A stretch of 64,000 nucleotides of DNA. Source: Vulcanimicrobiota bacterium (GTDB lineage Bacteria; Vulcanimicrobiota; Vulcanimicrobiia; Vulcanimicrobiales; Vulcanimicrobiaceae). The notes beneath the pieces are model-generated. The model had not been told where the DNA came from. It worked only from the letters and a program-made list of their open reading frames with translations, and did no database searches. Where the stretch lies: positions 64,001 to 128,000 of the forward strand of contig CAVRQT010000001.1 in the NCBI GenBank assembly GCA_963723515.1, given 5' to 3'. Below are positions 31,178 to 41,285 of the stretch, one piece after another (the stretch's first letter is position 1; each line of letters starts with the position of its first letter). Made by a program: the position numbers and the translations under genes.

Positions 31178-32608
31178 ATGACGATACACAAATTCTTGGC
31201 TGACGGTGCCAAAACGCGCACGGAAACCGACTCGATGGGCAAGATCGAGGTGCCCGCGGACAAATATTATGGCGCGCAAGCTGCCCGCTCGCTGATTCAC
31301 TTCAACATCGGAGACGGAGCGACAGCGCGCGACGTCATGCCGCTGCAAGTCATCAGGGCGATGGGCGTGCTCAAGAAAGCCTGTGCGCTCGTGAACAATG
31401 AACTCGGAAAGCTCGATCGGGAGAAGACGGACCTCATTGTGGCGGCGGCCGATGAAGTGATCGCCGGAAAATTGGATGCGCATTTTCCGTTGCGCGTTTG
31501 GCAAACCGGTTCGGGCACGCAGACGAACATGAACGTCAACGAAGTGATCTCGAACCGTGCGATTGAGATGGCGGGCGGAGAAATGGGTTCTAAACGCCCC
31601 ATCCATCCGAACGACGACGTCAACATGTCGCAGTCTTCGAACGACACCTTTCCGACCGCGATGCACATGGCGGCGTCGCAAGCCGTCGTCGAGATGCTTC
31701 CAGCGGTCGAGCAGCTGCGCGACGCTCTCGATGCGAAGGCGAAGCAGTGGCAACACATCGTCAAGGTCGGGCGAACGCATCTGCAAGACGCAACGCCGCT
31801 GACGCTCGGACAAGAATTCTCCGGCTACGTGACGCAACTCGACCGGGCAATCGACAGCTGCCGTGTCGCGCTCGACCGCCTCTACGATCTCGCGATCGGC
31901 GGCACGGCCGTCGGCACGGGTCTCAATGCGCATCCTGAGTTTGGCGAACGCGTTTCCAAACGCATCGCCGAGTTGACGGGCTTACCGTTCCGCTCCCATC
32001 CGAATAAATTTACTGCGCTCGCATCGCACGATGATTTCGTCTTCGCTTCGGGGGGCTTAAAGATGCTCGGCGCTGCTCTGATGAAGATTGCCAACGACAT
32101 TCGGTGGCTTGGCTCCGGGCCACGCGCCGGCATCGGTGAGCTCATTCTGCCGGAGAACGAACCGGGCAGCTCGATCATGCCGGGCAAAGTTAATCCGACG
32201 CAGTCCGAGGCGATGACGATGGTCGTCGTTCAGGTATACGGCAACGATCTGGCAATCAGTTTCGGCGCGTCGCAAGGCAATTTCGAACTGAACGTCTTCA
32301 ATCCGGTGATGATCTACAATTTTTTGCACTCGACGACGCTCTTGCGCGATGCGTGCACGATGTTTCGAGAGCACATGATCGAAGGGCTAAAGCCCAACGA
32401 AGGCGCGATTGCCAAATATGTGGACGACTCGCTGATGGTCGTTACGGCGCTCTCGCCGCACATTGGCTACGACAAGTCGGCAGAGATCGCGAAGAAAGCG
32501 CACAAGGACAAAAGCACGCTCAAGGATGCGGCTCTCGCGCTCGGCTATGTCAATGCGGAGGAATTCGATCGCTACGTCGTCCCGAGGGAGATGACGAAGC
32601 CAAAGTAA
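31178..32608 (+). CDS. fumC: Class II fumarate hydratase
   Basis: [20 protein letters not shown] and [11 protein letters not shown] motifs. Confidence 0.96.
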   Translation: MTIHKFLADGAKTRTETDSMGKIEVPADKYYGAQAARSLIHFNIGDGATARDVMPLQVIRAMGVLKKACALVNNELGKLDREKTDLIVAAADEVIAGKLDAHFPLRVWQTGSGTQTNMNVNEVISNRAIEMAGGEMGSKRPIHPNDDVNMSQSSNDTFPTAMHMAASQAVVEMLPAVEQLRDALDAKAKQWQHIVKVGRTHLQDATPLTLGQEFSGYVTQLDRAIDSCRVALDRLYDLAIGGTAVGTGLNAHPEFGERVSKRIAELTGLPFRSHPNKFTALASHDDFVFASGGLKMLGAALMKIANDIRWLGSGPRAGIGELILPENEPGSSIMPGKVNPTQSEAMTMVVVQVYGNDLAISFGASQGNFELNVFNPVMIYNFLHSTTLLRDACTMFREHMIEGLKPNEGAIAKYVDDSLMVVTALSPHIGYDKSAEIAKKAHKDKSTLKDAALALGYVNAEEFDRYVVPREMTKPK

Positions 32609-32705
32609 TCGTTGCGTTCGGCCGCGCGGTGTCGCGTGGTATACTAAACCAGCTCGGACGAATCTTATTTCGCTTCGGCCATGCTACTTTTGGAGCTCTA
32701 CGCAC

Positions 32706-33473
32706 ATGCAAGTAAATCATCAGCATCGCCCTGCCCACTACAACCGCCTTCTGCAGACGCTGCCGGCAGGTGAATTGTCAACGGTGATGCCCGACCTGCA
32801 ATTTACGCGGTGGGCTCTCAACGAAACGATCTATGACGCCGATGTGCCGTTGCGCGACGTCTACTTTCCGCTCACGTGCGTCTCATCAAATATCGTGCTC
32901 ATGGAAAGTGGCTCTGCAGTTGAGACGAGCACAATTGGACGCGAGGGAATGGTCGGTTCGCACGCCGCTCTGGGCTCGGACCCCTTTGGGACAAAGGTGA
33001 TCTGTCAGGTTCCGGGCGAGGTCGCACGCATGAGCGTGGACGACTTCAAACGGCACCGCCGCACGCTGCCCTCGTTCGAGGACCTCACAAAGCGCTTTAA
33101 TATTTTCCTTTTGAATGTGATCTCACAGACCGCGGCCTGCAATCGTCTGCATCAGGTGAACGAACGGCTTGCGCGCTGGCTGCTGATGACGCACGATCGC
33201 ATTTTGGGCGACGACCTCCCGTTGACGCAAGAACTTCTCTCAATCATGCTTGGCGTGCATCGCCCGGCGGTAACGATTGCCGCGGGCACCTTACAGGACG
33301 CCGGCCTCATCAGTCTTGGTCGCGGAATGATCACAATTCAAAATCGGCCGGGGCTGGAGAAAGCGTCATGCGAGTGCTATCACGTCGTCGCGAAAGAGCT
33401 GGACCGCTTCTTCCCCGACGGTATGGTGCGAAGTTTTAGCCGGGACGGGTCCGATGGTAAAGCAGCAGTCTGA
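32706..33473 (+). CDS. Crp/Fnr family transcriptional regulator
   Basis: IGREG, ACNRLH, ERLARWLL, LTQE..GVHRP and ASCECY motifs. Confidence 0.9.
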   Translation: MQVNHQHRPAHYNRLLQTLPAGELSTVMPDLQFTRWALNETIYDADVPLRDVYFPLTCVSSNIVLMESGSAVETSTIGREGMVGSHAALGSDPFGTKVICQVPGEVARMSVDDFKRHRRTLPSFEDLTKRFNIFLLNVISQTAACNRLHQVNERLARWLLMTHDRILGDDLPLTQELLSIMLGVHRPAVTIAAGTLQDAGLISLGRGMITIQNRPGLEKASCECYHVVAKELDRFFPDGMVRSFSRDGSDGKAAV

Positions 33474-33498
33474 CGCGACTTCTCTGCCGCGACAATAG

Positions 33499-33750
33499 TT
33501 ACTTAACTTTTGCAAGGCGAACGCCGTAATAGTTCGCCGCCTTTTGAATGTTCGCGAGCGCCACGTCGCGCTCGCGCCTTGAGACGCCTTCGACCTGATC
33601 GAACCGCGCGATCGCGCTGCGGACGTGTGCCGCATCCGTCAGCGGTTCTTTGCGTTCTTTAGGAAATGCGAAGACGCTATTTGGCAGTGCATCACGCGAA
33701 GGCAGCTTGCCGGCGGCGTCATATGGCTTCCACGTCGGTCGAATTGTCAT
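33499..33750 (-). CDS. DUF6582-like small protein
   Basis: LPNSVFAFPKERKEPLTDAAHVRSAIARFDQV. Confidence 0.7.
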   Translation of the reverse strand: MTIRPTWKPYDAAGKLPSRDALPNSVFAFPKERKEPLTDAAHVRSAIARFDQVEGVSRRERDVALANIQKAANYYGVRLAKVK

Positions 33751-33892
33751 CGTAAAGGTCGGCAGATGTGTTAGTGCCCGCCTAGCCTTGCGAGAGTGAC
33801 CAATGTTCGCTAGCGTACATTGCTCTGTCATGTAGCAGACAGTAGAGCGTATGCTTGCATGTTCAAAGAGCAAGACATTGAACTACTGGACG

Positions 33893-34658
33893 ATGGAGCT
33901 GCGCGATCGTGCTTTCGACAATCGAATGTTGCGCATGCTTCCGCGTGCTGAATTCACGCAATTAATCTCCGACATGCACTTCCTCCATTGGGACCTCAAC
34001 GACACGATCTATGATGTAGATGCGCCGTTCGACCACATCTATTTTCCGCTGAGCGCGGTCACTTCCAATATCGTGATGATGGAAAATGGCGGCGCCGTCG
34101 AGACCAGCACGGTCGGACGGGAGGGAGTCGTCGGCGGCCTTGCTGCGCTTGGCTCGGATCGTTCCGCCATAAAAGTGATCTGTCAGATTCCCGGCGATGC
34201 CGCTCGTCTCGGGTTAGACGACTTCAAGAAACATTTTGAAGCGCTGCCGCAATTTCAAGAATTGATCACGCGTTTTAACGCCTTACTACTCAATACGATT
34301 TCGCAAACCGCGGCATGCAACCGGCTGCATCACTTGAACGAGCGCCTCGCGCGCTGGCTGCTGATGACGCACGACCGCGTCTCGGGCGACACACTGTCCT
34401 TAACGCAAGACTTTCTCGCCGCCATGCTGGGCGTGAACCGGCCCTTCGGTGACGATTGCGGCCCGCGCGTTGCAGGAGGCCGGCTTGATCACCTACCGTC
34501 GGCGCATGATCACGGTCAAGAATCGCGCCGGACTCGAGGAAGCTTCCTGCACATGCTACGAGGTCGTTGCACGAGAATTGGAACGGCTGATCCCGGACGG
34601 CGCAGTGCACGGCTCATCGGATCGGGTCGCCAAGGAAATATCGGCTAAATCCCTGTAG
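33893..34658 (+). CDS. Crp/Fnr family regulator, paralogue; frameshift near 34445; start may be 33851
   Basis: Same motifs as 32706..33473; C-terminus continues in ORF 34449..34658. Confidence 0.87.
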
Positions 34659-34724
34659 CCACTGAAACCCACGGGCTTGCGGCCCGTATAGCGTAAGAAG
34701 TACTGGTAACTGGCGATCGACGAG

Positions 34725-36455
34725 GTGAGCATGCTTCTTCGGGCTTTTGTTTTTCTTTGTGTATGCGTCTCGAGCGCGACGTTGGCAATTTCCGCTGCCC
34801 CTGCCCATCCCGCAGGCGCGCAATTGCAGGCGCTCTACACCCAAGGCATCTTGCGCGAGCTCAAGAGCGTGCCCGAGCTTGCCACGTTTTTGGGCGATTA
34901 TCGCTACGACGCCTATTGGAGCAAGCCGGGCATGGCCGGCATCCGCCAAGGACAGGCGATGATGCGCGATTTCGCAGCGCGACTCAATCGCATCGATATG
35001 TCGCACGCGACGCTTCACGAACGTAACGACATGCGGCTGGCACGCGCCTTTGTCATCGCCCAGAAGCGCCAAGTTGCTGAAGCCGTAGAGGGTAAAGATC
35101 CGGGCGGTCCGCCGCTGCAAGTTGTCGGCATCTTCTTTACGATGCTCATGCACAAGGACGAGCAGAACCCCAACGTTTGGTGGGACCATGTGATCTCACG
35201 CATGGAGAAGGCGCCGGTGTGGCTTGCCGCATCGAAGCCGCTGATTACCCACCCCGGCAAATTGCAGGCCGAAGTCGCGCAAGAAGAGCTTGCGCAAGCG
35301 CCGGCCCTCTTCACATATGTCCTGACGCCGATTGCGAGCAAGGAGCTCTCAAAAGAGAAGCTGGCGCGTTTCACCAAAGCGCGCGACGCGCTTGTCACGT
35401 CATTGACTGCGTGGAACAAATGGCTCGCGGATAATGCATCGAGCTGGCCGGAAAATTTCGCAATGGGACGCGCCGCGTACAACAACATGCTGCGCGACGA
35501 GTTGCTCTTGCCCTACGATGCGGACGCGATCGTCCGAATCGGTCAGACGACTCTTGATGCAGCGATCGCCGACCAGACTGCAATTCTCGCCGAAGCAAAA
35601 GCTCGAGGGATCGATCTCACGAATGCTCGGCAAGCCGCGGCAGTCGGCGGTGGGCCGACGCCCACGAGCAAAGATGCGCAGTTTGCCTTCTTTCAAGCGC
35701 AACTCGATACGCTCCAGAACTTCATCCGCGACAAACATTTGGTCACGATTCCTGCGTATATGGGGCGAATGAAGATCGAGACGACGCCGCAGTTTTTGCA
35801 ACCGGTGTTGCCCGGTCCGTCGATGAATTCGCCGCCGCTTCTCTCCAAAGAACGCGATGGCGTCTACTTCGTTCCGCCGCCGAATCCGCAGATGGCAACC
35901 AATCCAAAATTCTTCGAAGATTTCGACCGTGATCGCGTGCTGATGACCAGCGGCCACGAAGGGTTTCCCGGCCACTTTTTGCAGCTTTCGATTGCGAAAC
36001 ATAATCCTGACGCGGTACGCAAGTTCAGTTTCGATAGCGTCTTTGCCGAAGGGTGGGCATTTTACGAAGAGTCGCTCCTTCGCCAGATGGGACTCTACGA
36101 CGACGATCTTGATGGACGGTATGCGGTCGCGCAATTCGAGCGGTTGCGCGGCGCACGCGCAATTGTGGACGCAAAGCTTGCAACAGGCGAATGGCCATTC
36201 GCGCAAGCGCTGCAGTGGTTCCAGCAGAATGCCGGCGTTGATGCGCAAACGGCGCGCGGCGAGGTGAGCCGCCATGCGCTTGGACCGGGACAGGCATTCG
36301 ATTATGCCGTCGGCCGTGCGCAGATCCTCGATTTACTCGCGAAGTACAAAGTGAAGAAAGGCGCCGCCTTCTCACTGCAGGCATTTCACGACGATCTGCT
36401 CTCGCACGGCACCGTGCCGGTAGTCATCGTTGCCAGCGAAATGCTCGCCGAGTAA
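34725..36455 (+). CDS. DUF885 family secreted protein
   Basis: HEGFPGHFLQ, FAEGWAFYEE, PGQAFDY and FHDDLLSHG motifs; signal peptide. Confidence 0.85.
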   Translation: MSMLLRAFVFLCVCVSSATLAISAAPAHPAGAQLQALYTQGILRELKSVPELATFLGDYRYDAYWSKPGMAGIRQGQAMMRDFAARLNRIDMSHATLHERNDMRLARAFVIAQKRQVAEAVEGKDPGGPPLQVVGIFFTMLMHKDEQNPNVWWDHVISRMEKAPVWLAASKPLITHPGKLQAEVAQEELAQAPALFTYVLTPIASKELSKEKLARFTKARDALVTSLTAWNKWLADNASSWPENFAMGRAAYNNMLRDELLLPYDADAIVRIGQTTLDAAIADQTAILAEAKARGIDLTNARQAAAVGGGPTPTSKDAQFAFFQAQLDTLQNFIRDKHLVTIPAYMGRMKIETTPQFLQPVLPGPSMNSPPLLSKERDGVYFVPPPNPQMATNPKFFEDFDRDRVLMTSGHEGFPGHFLQLSIAKHNPDAVRKFSFDSVFAEGWAFYEESLLRQMGLYDDDLDGRYAVAQFERLRGARAIVDAKLATGEWPFAQALQWFQQNAGVDAQTARGEVSRHALGPGQAFDYAVGRAQILDLLAKYKVKKGAAFSLQAFHDDLLSHGTVPVVIVASEMLAE

Positions 36456-36460
36456 GGCTA

Positions 36461-37087
36461 CTACGGGTTTACGTTCGGTTTGGCAACGATCGTTTTCTTA
36501 CCGCGCTCGGGTTCGCCGGCAACGAGGTAGAAAACCGCCGACAAGAAGTACAGCGCGATACTGAGGCGCGGTACAAGCGGAGCGATTGCGACGGCGATCA
36601 GGTAAAACACGATACCGATGCCGTAACGCAGCGATGCCTGCTTGACGTTTTGGGGCGAGATCAGCGCCGTATTTAAGTAACCGTAGCGCACGACGTACCA
36701 CCAAGTATAGTTGGCATAGATGGCGATCACGAGCAGCGTGATGCCGTAGAAAGTCACGGCCGAGGCCATATCTCCGTACGCCGTGATGATTGCGGTAGGA
36801 AACGGAATGAACGAAATCATCAGCAAGAGGATCAGGTTGCGCCAGACGATCGGACGGTCGACCCGCGCAAGATACTCAAAGACGGAGTGGTGGTTCAGCC
36901 AGTAAATGCCGATCACCAAAAAACTCGTGACATACGCTAAGAATTGCGGCCACAAAATGAAGAGTGCGTGCCAAAATGCCCCCGGGGTGTGGCTTCTCAA
37001 GAGCGGGACACGGATTTCGAGAACGAGCACGGTCGCCGCGATAGCGAAGACCGCATCACTATACGATTCGATCCGTGAAAGCTTCAA
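36461..37087 (-). CDS. TMEM175 family potassium channel
   Basis: RIESYSDAVFAIAATVLVL, YWLNHH and SFIPFPT motifs. Confidence 0.88.
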   Translation of the reverse strand: MKLSRIESYSDAVFAIAATVLVLEIRVPLLRSHTPGAFWHALFILWPQFLAYVTSFLVIGIYWLNHHSVFEYLARVDRPIVWRNLILLLMISFIPFPTAIITAYGDMASAVTFYGITLLVIAIYANYTWWYVVRYGYLNTALISPQNVKQASLRYGIGIVFYLIAVAIAPLVPRLSIALYFLSAVFYLVAGEPERGKKTIVAKPNVNP

Positions 37088-37096
37088 GGCGTGCTC

Positions 37097-37690
37097 CTAA
37101 AGTGCTGCGACGTGTTTGAGATCCGCAACGAACTTCGCCATCTCGCGATGACGCGTCTCGTCGTCCGGAGCGCGCAGGATTGACGACGGATGAACCGTCG
37201 CAAGCACGTTCGGGGCGAGCTCTAACGATGTGAAAACGTTTCCGCGATGCACCGTCAGGCGGAAATCGGCGCCGAAGAGCGACCGTGCCGCGGTCGCACC
37301 GAGTGCAACGAGGACGTCTGGCTTCACTTGTTTGATCTCCGCCTCCAGCCACGGACGGCAGGCGCGCAGCTCGATGACGCGCGGCGTTTGGTGGATGCGG
37401 CGCTTTCCGCGCACGATATACTTGAAATGCTTGACGGCGTTCGTGATATAGACGTCGTCCGGCTCGATACCGGCCTCTTCCATCGCGCGCCGCAATAGCT
37501 TGCCGGCTGGACCAACGAACGGATGTCCCGCGCGATCTTCACTGTCGCCGGGCTGCTCGCCGACGAACATGACCTTCGCGCGCGCCTTGCCTTCACCGAA
37601 GACCGTTTGCGTTGCATCTTTATACAGATCGCATCCGCGGCAATGCGCTGCCGCCTCGCGTAAACTCTTCAGCGAACGCTTCTCCGGCAT
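37097..37690 (-). CDS. udgX: UdgX-family uracil-DNA binding protein (family 4 UDG with R-loop)
   Basis: CRGC, GEQPG, NAVKHFK..RGKRRIH and HPSSILR motifs. Confidence 0.88.
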   Translation of the reverse strand: MPEKRSLKSLREAAAHCRGCDLYKDATQTVFGEGKARAKVMFVGEQPGDSEDRAGHPFVGPAGKLLRRAMEEAGIEPDDVYITNAVKHFKYIVRGKRRIHQTPRVIELRACRPWLEAEIKQVKPDVLVALGATAARSLFGADFRLTVHRGNVFTSLELAPNVLATVHPSSILRAPDDETRHREMAKFVADLKHVAAL

Positions 37691-37720
37691 GAAATCGGCG
37701 GCGGAACGGTCATTCGCTCT

Positions 37721-38501
37721 TCATTGAACGACCGCATGGCGTGTTGAGAGCGCGCCGTTGATCGCGGTCGCGAAGTCTTTTAACGACCATGCACCACGAA
37801 CGCGCACGCGCGTCAGCTCAAAGCGATTTTCTGGCGGCACCACATTGCTCGCATCGGTTGTCACGGCTAACGGGATGCCTTCTTGGCGAACGATGCTGAG
37901 CGTCGTACGGTTGAAGCTGCCGGAGGGGTAGGCATACGAAAGAATCGGCGCATGTAAGAAGGTGCTTAAAATGTGAACAGAGTTGGCGATCTGGTACCGC
38001 TGCTGCGCTGCGTTCATTTGCGAGAGGTCATCATGCCGCACGCCGTGCGCGGCGATGTCGAATCCGTCGCGGGCCATCGTTTTGACCTGCGTCCACGTCA
38101 AGTGGCGTGGCTTGCCCAACTGGCCGGTAACGATGTAGAACGTCGCGCTCGGCACGGAACGTTCGCAGCAACGGTACGGCATAGTGATATTGGTCGGCAT
38201 ATCCATCGTCAAACGTTAAGACCACCGCGTGATCGAGCGCTCGGTGTCGTCGCAACCGCCGTTCGAGCTCCGCCATGCTGATTGCCGCGATGCCGCGTAC
38301 CTTTAAATAGTCGAGTTGGCCTTGCAGTTGCTGCGGCGAGATTGTGAGGTCACGACTGATCGTATCGCCCGGCGAAGCGACGTCGATGCGATGATACATC
38401 AGAATCGGCGGCGGCACGAACGTTTTCGGCGCGGAAGAAATGGCGCATAGTCCGACGGCGCAGATCAACAGAGCGCATCGCGCCAATGCCATGACGCGCA
38501 T
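37721..38501 (-). CDS. Polysaccharide deacetylase; frameshift near 38165
   Basis: [19 protein letters not shown] and AYPSG motifs split over two ORFs. Confidence 0.85.
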
Positions 38502-38568
38502 CTTATGAAGGCCGCGTGCGCGGCCCTTGCTCCAGGTTCGCCATCCTGGGACGCGAAAAGGCGGCGTC

Positions 38569-39115
38569 ATGGTACTGAGAAGTATCGCGATTTTCTTTGC
38601 GCTCATGCTGGTCGTCCCAAACATCGCCAGGGCCGCGTCGGCGCAAACGCTTTCGCGTTGGTTTCAAAGTGGGCGCTGTGCCGCATTCAACACGGCATAT
38701 TCAGCGAACGTCCCGTTTGCGCGCAACGATAGCGAAGAGTTGCTCTGGCTGGACCGCTTCTCGGCGCACTTTCAAGGCGGCGGCAATGCTGCGTACATCT
38801 ACGATGCGAAGCACGGCACCGTCTTTCGCAGCATCGGCGGCGACAGCACGGGATCGCATACCTGGCGTACAATCGGACCGCCGCCCGTGCACGTCACGCA
38901 GAGCGACTTGAGCCACCTTTCAACGACCTCCGGTATCAGGCTTGGGCACGCCGGCGGCGGTTGTCATTGAAAAGCTTGGCCGCCCGCGGATTCTGCGCGC
39001 GTGCGGTCTTGAGCGATATCAGTACATGATCGATCGCGAAGTCGGTGGCAATTCGCTGGAGTTCACGATCCAAAACGGACGGGTTATCGAGATCTTTCAA
39101 ACCTACGGCGATTAG
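38569..39115 (+). CDS. Hypothetical secreted protein; frameshift near 38946
   Basis: Signal peptide; continues as TPAAVVIEKLGRP...FQTYGD* in the adjacent frame. Confidence 0.6.
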
Positions 39116-39180
39116 GGAAGGAAAACGGCGGCAAGCAGCCGTACGCCTGAAGCCTCCGTTCTCCAAGAAAGGCGATCTAG

Positions 39181-39735
39181 ATGAAGCTTACCTCGTTTTA
39201 TGCGCTGGCGATTGCGGCATTGCTTGCGAGCAGTCTCGGAAGCACCGTTCAGGCCAACGCAGCCGCCGCGGCTCCGACTCCCGTTCCGTATACGATGCCA
39301 AATTTATCAGCCATGAAGATGTTCATGGGAACATGGCATTGCAGCTCTACCGCTGCGTGGAAAGACTCGCACAGATACCTCGACGACGACCATGGCGCTT
39401 GACGGACAATACATGATGACGCACGACGTTTCGCCGCCGTTCGACAAGTATCGCACGAGGCCGAATGTCATAGACATCCTATCAGACGTACAATCCGATA
39501 ACGAAGAAGTGGGTCAGCATCGGCGTCGATAACTTCGGCGGATACTTCGTTAACACATCACCCGGCTGGACCGGCAATACGATACGAACGACGACCGCGA
39601 TGTCCAACGATGGGACGACCGGCTACGATGTCCTGACGAAATTAAGTGAAACGCGGACGACAGATCATTTCGTAACCAAGGACCCAAAAGGCAAAGTCAC
39701 GACGGCGAACCGTCAGCTGCACGAAGGCAGGCTAG
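39181..39735 (+). CDS. Hypothetical secreted protein with several frameshifts; paralogue of 51022..51565
   Basis: Signal peptide, PTPVP..PNLS..MGTWHCS, FGGY..TSPGW and C-terminal CTK. Confidence 0.6.
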
Positions 39736-39755
39736 CGCTTAAGGAATCGATTCAC

Positions 39756-39785
39756 AAAAAGAGCCTGCGGCCTGCGGGCTCTTTT
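39756..39785. terminator. Bidirectional intrinsic terminator
   Basis: aaaagagcc...ggctctttt hairpin between convergent genes. Confidence 0.7.
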
Positions 39786-39806
39786 AACTTTGATACGGCT
39801 GCCCTG

Positions 39807-40400
39807 CTAATAAGGAACCGGTCCGGCGTCGCGCTGCGCCCGAAGGGCCTGCATATACCAGAGAAATTCTTTAAAGAAATCGTCATGGCGCTTGATGAAC
39901 TCCGGATCCGTCGGAGTACCCTCGTCATCGAAGGCGCTTCCAACTCGCGGAATCGGTAAGAGCGAGGGGATCGAGGGCATGCCGAGCTCTGCGAGCGTCA
40001 TGCGCAATTGCATTGCAGCGCGCACACCGCCAAAGTAGCCGCCGGAGTAACAGATGATGGCCGAAGGCCGCCAAAAATATTCTTCGAGGTAGTGGTCGAG
40101 TAAGTTTTTGAGCGCCGGCGGCATGCCGTGGTTGTACTCCGCCGAAACGATCGCGAACCCATCGGCTTGCGGATAGAGCTCGCCGAGTTTTCGCATCGGT
40201 TCGGGCGCACTATCGCCTTCAAATTCCGCATAGCGGCGATCGAGCAACGGTAATTTGTATTCCAGCGGATCGATGAGAATCGCGTTGCAGCCGCGCCGTT
40301 CGAGTTCTCGCGTCACAAACCGCGCCGCTTTGATGCCTTGCCGCTCCGTTCGCACGGAGCCGAAAATGACTGGAACGATAAAGCGGTCTCGCGGCTGCAT
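39807..40400 (-). CDS. NAD(P)H-dependent FMN reductase
   Basis: GSVRTERQG, AEYNHGMPPALKN and GGVRA motifs. Confidence 0.9.
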   Translation of the reverse strand: MQPRDRFIVPVIFGSVRTERQGIKAARFVTRELERRGCNAILIDPLEYKLPLLDRRYAEFEGDSAPEPMRKLGELYPQADGFAIVSAEYNHGMPPALKNLLDHYLEEYFWRPSAIICYSGGYFGGVRAAMQLRMTLAELGMPSIPSLLPIPRVGSAFDDEGTPTDPEFIKRHDDFFKEFLWYMQALRAQRDAGPVPY

Positions 40401-41136
40401 CTAAACGCAGCCGTTACTTGAGTTCGACCATTCCTTTTGCACGGTGTAGCCGTTCAGCGTTTTCGTCTGCCACGTCGGCACCGCGCAGAGATCGCCGATT
40501 TCATAGCCGCTCGCCGCATACCAGCCGTTCGCAAATGGATCGGTGATCGCTTCGCAGACTTCATGCGACACGACGGTGGTCAGCGACGCAAATGGTTGCA
40601 TGCCGCCAAGGCATCCGCTGCAGTCCGGGAACGGCACGACGGCGTACGCGATGTTCGAGACGGCCTCATGGTAGCCGCAAAAATCAACGCACGAACTTTG
40701 GCTGAACGCGGTGATCTTTACGTTCGGCGGCAGAAAGATCGGCCAAAGCGCGCTCGAGCCGAGATTCGGTTGGCTCGTCCAAAGCTTCGTCAGTTGCGCT
40801 TGCACGTCGGCGTCGGTGATTGTTGATGCAACGGTGCCGGCAATCGCCGCGGATCCGCTGATATGCGCCATGCGCGATTTGCTGCGTCGGCGTACTGTAT
40901 TCGGCGAGTTGGTCGATGAGCGGACTGCTGACGATCCACTGCAAGAATTTTTCGATTTGCGGCTTTTGTACGGTAGCTGACGGATCGCTGCTCCAAGCGT
41001 CGCCCCAAAAGACGGCTTTGATCTGAATCGACGTTAGAAGCGGCCCGCCATGATACTCAAGTTGCTGCGCGGGCGCAGCCATAATCGCGGCGTGATGCCT
41101 CGATGGAACGAGCGTTGGGACGATTTTGTGCGGCAT
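40401..41136 (-). CDS. Hypothetical Cys-rich protein resembling Phi-1/EXORDIUM-like family; frameshift near 40872
   Basis: YHGGPLL..VFWG, FCGYH, SHEVCEAITDP..NGWY and EIGDLC motifs. Confidence 0.6.
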
Positions 41137-41285
41137 GCGGCTATACTACCCGGCTCGATATCGCGCTTCTTGCGCCGGACTTGAAGCGGTCCACCATTCG
41201 CCAGCCTGCTTTCGACAGTGTTTAAGAGAAGCGCTTCTCAGGGAACGCTTCTTACACTTTTTGCTGTAGGTCCATATCGAGGATA

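Noticed and set aside
30767..31933. Long minus-strand ORFs opposite thiolase/fumC and other genes
   Set aside because: Typical antisense ORFs of high-GC coding DNA with no recognisable motifs.
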